DNA from: Cetorhinus maximus
Lineage: Eukaryota
DNA length: 64,000 bases
NCBI RefSeq assembly: GCF_964194155.1
Contig: NC_135892.1
Span: 74,648,001-74,712,000, forward strand
Reading direction: 5' to 3'
Both the position numbers and the translations under genes were made by a program. Of the stretch, positions 60,701-64,000 are shown in pieces (the first letter of the stretch is position 1; each line of letters opens with the position of its first letter). The notes beneath the pieces are model-generated. The model was not told the origin of the DNA, ran no database searches, and was given only the letters and a program-made list of their open reading frames with translations.

Positions 60701-63700
60701 ATCAGAGCACCTGCAGGTACAACCTACCAGGAGGCAGCTTTCTAATTGGCTGCCCCCATGCTTGCCATTCTCTTCAGGATGGCAGGCAGGCTCCCCTGGC
60801 TGCAGGCCAAATCACAGGCCCCACAACAATGCCAGGCTGGAAGTTCCACCAGTTGAGGTAGGCACTGCTGAGGCTGGCAGTGAGGTGCAAGGGCACCTCA
60901 ACATGAAGGCACTCTCAGCTGCCTGTATAAAGTAACTAAAGAGGCCTGGAGCCGGTGGGACCATAGGGTTACAGGAGAAACCCCTCTGCAGGACTATTTA
61001 CAAATGGGGCTGTGAGTTTTCATCTGCATAGCTTTCCCATGTTGGGGGGGCCTCCCCCAGCCTCGATAAAATACCAACTCCAGGACTAAATTGCCCCTAC
61101 GTGGGGCCCTGTTGCATTATTTGGCTGCTGGCCTCCATGAAATAGGCAGTTGACCTGGTTCCCAGACCATCTCTGGAAAAATCCCCCAGAGAATGGAATG
61201 TGTTGGCAAGCCATCCTGACATAGATCCCTGCTATTTTCCCAGTTTCTCTAGTGCTTCTCTATGCCATGATCATCTGTATGGATAAGAGGTCCTTCAAGC
61301 CATCCAGTACCACTATGAAACCATTCACACCAGCTTCTGTTCTCCAGAAGCAACTGACTATAAATGGGTGGCACTGTTGCCTTCATGGGGTCTCAGGAAG
61401 TGGTTCCCTAAGCTCACTCACACGTACAAAACAACTTATGATAAAGGTTAATGTCTGTTGGCACTGGGCAGCCAAAGGCCACCATTATTGCTGGCCACTG
61501 CAAGGCTGAGAGTTCAAAATTCTCACACAAGTGGACAATAGGATCTATTGGCATTGCTGATCTGTAAGAACTCATGAAAGGTCTGTGACCAGAAAATGTC
61601 TCAGTTGTCACGGGTACTCCATAATGTTAAAACCGACCACAGTCTGAACACATTCCTGAGTTGCTTCAAGTAATGCAGTTCACAATGGGCTATAAACATG
61701 TGGTTTAATTGAGTAAAAATATATCAAATAATTATAAAAGTCTATAAAGTTTTCAACAAGAATCAGTGGGAAAGTAATTTCTCTGAGTGACATTGTGAAG
61801 GTATAAGGCTGAACATGTGAGCCACAGATGTCACACATCCAAATTCAATACCCCATTGCATCGAACTCAGCAACTCTATTTGTAGCATATGTTCTTGTAA
61901 TAAAATAACCTAATAACATTTTACAATTAATACTTGAGGATGTAGTATGTACAGACAGAGAACCTCTGCCAAACGCAAGGAGTAATGTTTAACAGAAATG
62001 CATGGAGTCATTGACACGTTCCATTGAATGTAATGTGTTCCTAAAAGACTGGTAATACATAATGCATTCTTGGGGGATTTTTGGGAGGGCTTGTTTAATG
62101 AGTCATGAATTTTGAATATATATGTATGTATGTATCTGTCTAGTTTGCCTTGTTTTATGTATGAAAATAAATTAATCTGATCACTTTAACAAATGGAATG
62201 TTAAAGAAAAACTGAAGGTCATGACCACCATGTGATCTAGTTTATGACATCATTGATATTACTTCCAGGTTACAAAAATAACTAACCTACTGCACTTCAG
62301 ATCACATGTGTGGTACAATTTTTCCGATGCAGCTCTGGAGGAACTGTATTAATGCACAACTCCTTGCCCCGTCTCCTGCATACAGTAAGGAACAAAATAT
62401 TTAAACTAAACTTAAATCTTCGTCAGAAACAGAAGACAAGAAAATGAAGTGAATTTAAAGCGAAGGAGAATATTTTGTGAATGACTGTAAAAAGGATGAT
62501 GAGGACTGTTCTTTAGCCATTTCATTTAAACACACGGGTTTACTGGAGAGAGTATGATGCTCCATTCTGGCAAGTGCAGAGCCATTGATGTAAAAGAAAT
62601 ATTTGGATTGAGATTAACATTTAAAAAGAGTGACACAAATTTCAAATCTATTTAAATCGTCTATTGAGTTATTTTTACTGTTCAGACAGAAGTATTTTAA
62701 AATAGGTTACATTTTGAAACTCCCCTAAAAGAAATGAGACCGTAGAGGTCTACTGATATGGAACTACATCTAACTATTGGCTTTTATAATTTTAATTTAT
62801 TTGAGGGAACATTTAAGTTATTCTCCTGAAGTATTTATTCAGCACTTTATTGAAAGCTGCACAGCATGCTTTTTTATTCAGTAATAGGCTGTTGAAAAAT
62901 GCCAAAAATTGAGCAAACTTCAAAACTGTCCCAAAGGAAACTTGTTTGAAATGATCATTATGAAATGATCTTAGATTGAGTTTCTTTATTTTATAAAATC
63001 AGCAACTATATGAATCATGTTTTTTTCTCCCCTCATTTCATTCTTGCACTGTAAACACAAAACATTCCACTGTTCATAGCATCCTTTGGGATAACATGCA
63101 GCTGTTTCTAAATCCTCCACCTCATGACCTCCACCTGCAGTTCTGGGTCACTGGCAGATGATGTTCGCTCTCGCAAGCTATTCTTAATTTCTGCCTGCTC
63201 TGTATAATTTCTCTTAAGAATCCAAGTTATTTTGGCTCACCTTAGGCAGTAGGGTGTACTAACCCAAATTAGACATGGTTCAGCCTTTATGCTCAATTTA
63301 ATCATTAGGTGATGCTGGAATTTAATTGTTCTCTTTTTTAAAGAAAGCAACATTAATTCATATGTTGAAAAAAAGGAAGTGTGTTACTTTCAGTGGACTT
63401 GTAATGTTAGGGCAAACTCTCTATCCATATAGAATTAATCAGTGTTAATTAGACTTAAATGGGCAGCGCAGTGAGTTAGAACTTCTTCTTTTCAACCCAT
63501 GAACTTGGCCTTAAGTTTAGCCAGAATAACAAGGTGCCTTCTCTCCATAGCTTTCCAGATTCTAATTAAAATGAATTGATTCATTCTCATCCCAGTTTCA
63601 AGTGGGTACAAATCTATAAATCCACAATTACTAATAACCAAGTGCCAATTGTCACTTTATTAATCATTTTCTAGCAATCTTCTTGGATGTAATCTACAGG

Positions 63701-64000
63701 ATCCTCTTGGAATTCCAAGGATAGACCGTATCTACTTTCATAGACATTGCTAAGTTCCACAAGTACATTCAGATATTATGGGAGGGCATTAGAATCTTTC
63801 TTTAAAATTTCGCCCTCCCCCGTCCTTGTCTCATTCTAAAAATAACACTCTTAGCTTTTACTTCTGGTCCATCATTTTGTTACTCCATTCCCTCAAAACT
63901 ATGGAGTTTTTTTTGGCCAGGGTTTTCCGTCTATGCTCTAACCAGCTCACTATTTCTCCTATTCATTTTAATGAATAGGAAAATCGCGGGCTGATAGGCA

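Noticed and set aside
1-64000. Prokaryotic operon, defence or CRISPR system
   Set aside because: Very low coding density, spliceosomal signals and vertebrate retroposons throughout.

Overview
Repeat-rich, gene-poor vertebrate DNA, most likely from a cartilaginous fish. This is inferred from recalled repeat families (SacSINE1/Deu-type SINE, CR1, L2 and Penelope tails), not from a database search. No intact host protein-coding gene was recognised, and most ORF-track calls are spurious or transposon-derived. Main contents: (1) A PIF/Harbinger DNA-transposon family. It includes one near-complete 6.5-kb decayed element (9568-16071) with a HARBI1-type DDE transposase and a convergent intron-containing Myb/SANT gene, two deleted relatives (about 46.2-49.7 kb and 53.2-55.8 kb), and several non-autonomous elements with related GG(G)CNGRATTTT-type ends. 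(2) A Gypsy-type LTR retroelement remnant with LTR, PPT, gag and protease but no visible pol (1.5-6.2 kb). (3) Penelope-derived inserts, including a ~390-bp foldback with a 14-bp TSD, that carry minimal hammerhead-ribozyme motifs. (4) CR1/L2/other LINE and SINE fragments, often nested. (5) Repeat-poor blocks that look like conserved non-coding enhancers, especially a CpG-retaining stretch at about 34-36.9 kb. All family names and identities are by eye and need Dfam/Repbase/Rfam/BLAST confirmation.
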